From contig NIVC01002900.1 in the NCBI GenBank assembly GCA_002269645.1, forward strand, positions 1,117 to 65,116: a stretch of DNA of 64,000 bases, written 5' to 3'. The stretch comes from Macrostomum lignano (taxonomy: Eukaryota). Within the stretch, counting starts at the first letter, position 1, and every line of letters begins with the position of its first letter. This document shows positions 61,351 to 64,000 of the stretch, piece by piece. The notes beneath the pieces were generated by a model. That model did not search any database. It was not told the origin of the DNA and worked only from the letters and a program-made list of their open reading frames with translations. The position numbers were made by a program, and so were the translations under genes.

Positions 61351-61805
61351 CGACCGGCCCTCTACTGCTTTTTGCAATTTTTCTAAGCTTGCGCTGTGTG
61401 CCTTTTATATCAGAGTAGTGTCTTGAATAGACCGTGCAGCTGCGCTCACAATGGAGCTCATTCTCTCTCCTCTGCCGCCTCGGCTCTGTTCAGCACCTGG
61501 GCGCCTCGCGGCGGAGTCTCACGCAATATTTTCAATGGCTTTTGGGGTTTGTTTAATTTCCGCTCTGCTGTCTGCGCAGATTCAATTTTTCTGGCTGTCG
61601 CAGCAGCTTACTTTCAGTAGAAATAAGCGAATTTGTTACGGCAGTGCCTGCTGGGCGTGCCTTTGCTTATTAAGGCCCCCATGGCCCCTCTGTAGGGTCT
61701 AATTATGCCACTCAAGTTTTTTAGGCGCCCCGCCGCCCTCTGCTGCACTTCAAAGCTCTTCTTCAAGTTCTTCTGCAGCTTCTTTTGCGTTTCTTGTTTG
61801 TCCCG

Positions 61806-61960
<155 letters not shown>

Positions 61961-62309
61961 TGTAGTTGGGGCGCTGTTTGAGTAGCTTAGCTGAGCTCTT
62001 CAAACACAGCGGGCGGGGACGCTGATTCGTCTGTTTTGATGTCTGCGCAAGTTGGCGGCCATCAGGGTGCGGGCGCGTGAGCTGCTGCCGACTCCGCCGC
62101 GCTGGACAAACAAGTCGCCAGAAGGTGGGGGCGCAGCGTCATTGAGCGCAAGCAGCTCTACTGAGCTTTGATCTGTCAGAAACTCTGGAAGTCATTCAGA
62201 CCATCCAAGGAATGCCAGCAAAAATGAGGCATATGAAAATGCTCTCTCTCAGACTCTTCTAGCTGTTCTTCGTGACGGAGAACTGATGAACTCAGAGCTG
62301 TCAACTGCT

Positions 62310-62548
62310 GGGTTTTAGTCTAGTAGTTGGAGCGTCGGACTCACGACTGAAAGGTCAGGGGTTCGATTCTCAACCCAACTCGGAACAATTTGTGTCCTTG
62401 AGCCAGCCACTTAATTCTGCATTGCTTCAGTTTATCCATTGCGGTAAAATGGGTGCGGAGTAATTGAGGTTGTGTGTGGCGACCCCGGTCCTTGAACTGA
62501 ACAGCCGTACGCACCTTCAGTTGTTGGTTGTACATCTGCCCAATAGGG
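62310..62548 (+). mobile_element. tRNA-derived SINE, same family as 26783-27069
   Basis: gcgtcggactcacgact...ggttcgattctc...ggaacaatttgtgtc...gtaaaatgggtgc...gtgtgtggcgacc shared with the other copy. Confidence 0.8.
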
Positions 62549-63179
62549 CAAGGTGTAATCAATTGTTGTTATGTCAATCATGTAAATATCGAATCCCCTG
62601 GAGATTTAAGCTCGCTGTTTAATTTCTAAAATACGAACTTCACGATGGACAATTTCTCAAGTTCCTGTTGTTTTCCAAAGTAACCTGGTAAGGAAGGAAA
62701 CCTTCAAATATAACACAGCAGTTTTTTTAGTTTCTGCTCAACTAGCCCTCAGGCTCAAGACATCGCACCATCCAGCCATGCAGAGCAAAGCTGTATTCAC
62801 AACACACACAGTGAGTCGGCATCTGTGACCATCATCGAGTTTCGCTTCTGCGCTGCACTCAATAAAAGTGTGAGAACGAGTCGCATTCCCCAGCCCTGTC
62901 TGTCCTCGCGAGCGCTGCACTCAGGTAACAATAAAAATGTTCAGTAGGGCGAGGCTCGGTGAGACGAGTCATGAGAATGGACTGACGAGCCGAGTGTCTG
63001 CGCGCCCGCCCCCTCCGCTGCCCCCCTGCGGCGGGCCCGCCCGGCCCATTGGTGGCAGCTAGCCCCTGCCCACGCGCCTGGGCAGCTGTGCCGCCGCATT
63101 TCAGTGTCCGCTCACGGCTCTGCAAGGACAAGCGCATTGGAACTGATCTGTTCTGCTCTTCTGCTCAGCAGCTTTCAAC

Positions 63180-64000
63180 ATGGCTGATTTTCTCAAAGCG
63201 TTCGAGGCAATTGACACCGACTTCAGCGGTGAGATCACTAAACAGGAGCTGGAGGAGTATTGCAAAAAGCAGGAGTTTGACGATCGGTTCATTCAGGTGA
63301 GTTTACTGTTCATCTTGGTTGCCAAAGCTCAAAAAGTGCAACCCGTTCAACTGAACCTTTGTCGCCTTTTGCTAGAAATGGCTGGACCTGTTCGACGCCG
63401 ACAACAGCGGCACAATCACGGTTGAGGAGTACTGCGAGACCTTAGGACTCACGCCCAACACTGACTACATGTGAGCCTGCCGTTGTATGCAACTCAGTTG
63501 AAATAGATATTGCATTCATAGTATAGGAATAGGGATATGAAGAGGTACTTACATGTACATGCGTTGGCACTTGTGTCATGCAATGAAAGCGTCGCTTGGG
63601 GAAGAGATTGAATGGAGTGAGGTGGGCGGAGGAGTGTCGTCCATAAATTAGCAGCAAGCAACGAACCCTGCTGCACACAGAGAGAAAGTGGAGACCCGCC
63701 GAGTGAACGCCGGGCCTCCAGGCACAGGAGTCGATGAAGCCGACCAATACGCGGTTCAATCCAGCGGCAACGATGGCGAAATTGACGACAGTCTGGACAA
63801 TGTTCAAATCTTGGCCGTGGACGATCAGCTGCCGAGGACCTGATGCGCACTATTGTCCGACTGGCTCGAGAAGGCCAGGCCGTCTACAGCCTGGAGAAGG
63901 ACATCGCCAAGCACATCAAGGCCGGGCTGGATGATCTGGACGGGCGGGCCTGGCACGCCATCGTTGGCCGCTTCCAGTACGGCTCGTTCTGTACGCACGA
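63180..64000 (+). CDS. Tegumental-allergen-like (TAL) protein: two EF-hands plus dynein light chain domain; exons 63180-63296, 63376-63470, 63681-end (frameshift ~63834)
   Basis: AIDTDFSGEITKQEL and LFDADNSGTITVEEY EF-hands; LEKDIAKHIK...WHAIVG...YGSFCTH DLC motif; GT-AG junctions. Confidence 0.88.

Overview
Eukaryotic genomic DNA, most likely from a flatworm (Macrostomum-like). This is inferred from a tegumental-allergen-like EF-hand/dynein-light-chain gene, GC-rich exons and introns filled with minisatellites. Host genes: KANK-like (minus, partial), a ~1.35-kaa multi-LRAT-domain protein, APEX1, an unknown probably mitochondrial protein, CPTP/GLTP, SUPT7L, a secreted TULIP-like protein, an EXD1/Egalitarian-like pseudo-exonuclease and a TAL gene. 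About half the window is mobile DNA. It includes hAT MITEs, a rearranged P/THAP transposon, Gypsy and Mag LTR elements, two RTE LINEs, a Ngaro-like tyrosine-recombinase element, a tRNA-derived SINE family and a TSD-bounded Ingi-type LINE. That LINE has an HDV-like ribozyme, a 2A-like motif and tandem PHD fingers, and is interrupted by a 3.3-kb miniature Polinton/Maverick (AGTAG TIRs, 6-bp TSD; integrase, PLA2, penton-like genes). The most notable items are the mini-Polinton, the Ingi ribozyme, the multi-LRAT pseudoenzyme array, and a candidate trans-spliced operon in which two genes seem to depend on the spliced-leader AUG for their start codon. Single-base frameshifts occur even in conserved host genes, so many may be long-read consensus errors. 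All protein assignments come from motif recognition by eye; no database searches were run.
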